DNA of 59,734 bases, the filler included. It is 5 parts of 5 records of this genome, joined end to end, with 100 filler letters (N's around TTAATTAATTAA, not from the genome) between each part and the next. Parts side by side here need not be neighbours in the genome. Positions count along the whole stretch, not along the records: positions 52,237 to 59,734 come from SRR31156797_8279; 4 more parts are not named here. One strand, 5' to 3'. This document shows positions 59,237 through 59,734 of the stretch, in pieces. The translations under genes and the position numbers were made by a program. The notes under the pieces are model-generated. The model had not been told where the DNA came from. It saw nothing but the letters and a program-made list of their open reading frames with translations, and made no database searches. The first letter of the stretch is position 1, and each line of letters opens with the position of its first letter.

Positions 59237-59734
59237 ATGGATCTTTTAAAGAATCTCAACGTTTTATCCTTGGAGCAAGCGACCGTGCTACCGTACTTGA
59301 CCTACAGGCTTGCCCACGACGGGGTTCAGGTTATTCGATTGGAGCACCCCATTTACGGAGATCCCAACCGGCATATCGGTGAAAATGTCCTGAACGAAGA
59401 ACGGATGAACAGCTACTTTTTGTGCATCAATGCCGGGAAAAAGGCGCTTACGCTGAATTTAGCTGAACCCGAAGGGAGGGACATTTTCCATCGGCTTATT
59501 CAGACACTGAAAATCGATGTATTTACCACCAATCAGCTTCCAAAAAATTATCAAAAACTGGGAATCGACTACGAAACCCTTAAAACCGTGAAGCCGGATA
59601 TCATATGGCTTGGGGTGACCGGATTCGGGCCGGACAGCAACGAAGGCGCTTACGATCCCATTTTGCAGGCCAGAAGCGGATTAATGGAAATGACCGGAGA
59701 AACCGAGGGCGCCCCGCAAGTCCTGGGCATTCCA
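59237..59734 (+). CDS. Family III CoA-transferase (CaiB/BaiF), truncated by the window end; absent from the ORF track
   Basis: RBS AGGAG; manual translation MDLLKNLNVLSLEQATVLPYLTYRLAHDGVQVIRLEHP..GDPNR...INAGKKALTLNL..PEG...LGIDYETL....PDIIW..VTGFGPD...AYDPILQARSGLM..TG. Confidence 0.88.
   Translation, partial: MDLLKNLNVLSLEQATVLPYLTYRLAHDGVQVIRLEHPIYGDPNRHIGENVLNEERMNSYFLCINAGKKALTLNLAEPEGRDIFHRLIQTLKIDVFTTNQLPKNYQKLGIDYETLKTVKPDIIWLGVTGFGPDSNEGAYDPILQARSGLMEMTGETEGAPQVLGIP

Noticed and set aside
1-59734. CRISPR array, rRNA, transposase or integrase genes
   Set aside because: No regularly spaced repeat-spacer pattern, rRNA-like sequence or recombinase/transposase ORF was recognised in any contig.

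Overview
The window is not one chromosome segment. It is five contigs joined by four artificial 100-nt spacers (N44-TTAATTAATTAA-N44) at 8181-8280, 32665-32764, 39194-39293 and 52137-52236, and the gene content points to at least two phyla, so it is probably a concatenated metagenome or bin. Contig 1 (1-8180) is an AT-rich candidate defence island. It has an OLD/PARIS-like ABC-ATPase-TOPRIM gene, a 1.5-kaa nuclease-STAND (Avs/NLR-like) gene, a half-size EamA transporter, and two small membrane proteins that share an NSAIAIG motif at the C-terminus of one and the N-terminus of the next, the layout of amyloid-signalling pairs. Contig 2 (8281-32664, Bacteroidota-like) carries nrfHA with system II cytochrome c maturation genes and an HcpR-type palindrome, a TPR-AraC regulator with two serine hydrolases, a hybrid two-component system facing a T9SS-secreted LamG/GH78 enzyme, and the 3' end of a tRNA-Ser. 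Contig 3 (32765-39193, Bacteroidota-like) has dnaG, cobB, a truncated globin, a ComF-family gene and a tetraheme NapC/NirT-FGE-sulfatase fusion. Contig 4 (39294-52136) is a surface-polysaccharide locus with a WbdA-like tri-domain GT4 and an oppositely oriented secreted tail-fibre-like gene. Contig 5 (52237-59734, Desulfobacterota-like) has a PpcB-like UbiD, an acyl-CoA ligase and a Tm-1-like (UPF0261) gene in one operon, divergent from lysR-mltG and a family III CoA-transferase. The best candidates for new biology are the shared-motif membrane pair in the defence island, the NapC-FGE fusion and the three-gene UbiD operon. All family calls come from motif recognition by eye; no database searches were run.
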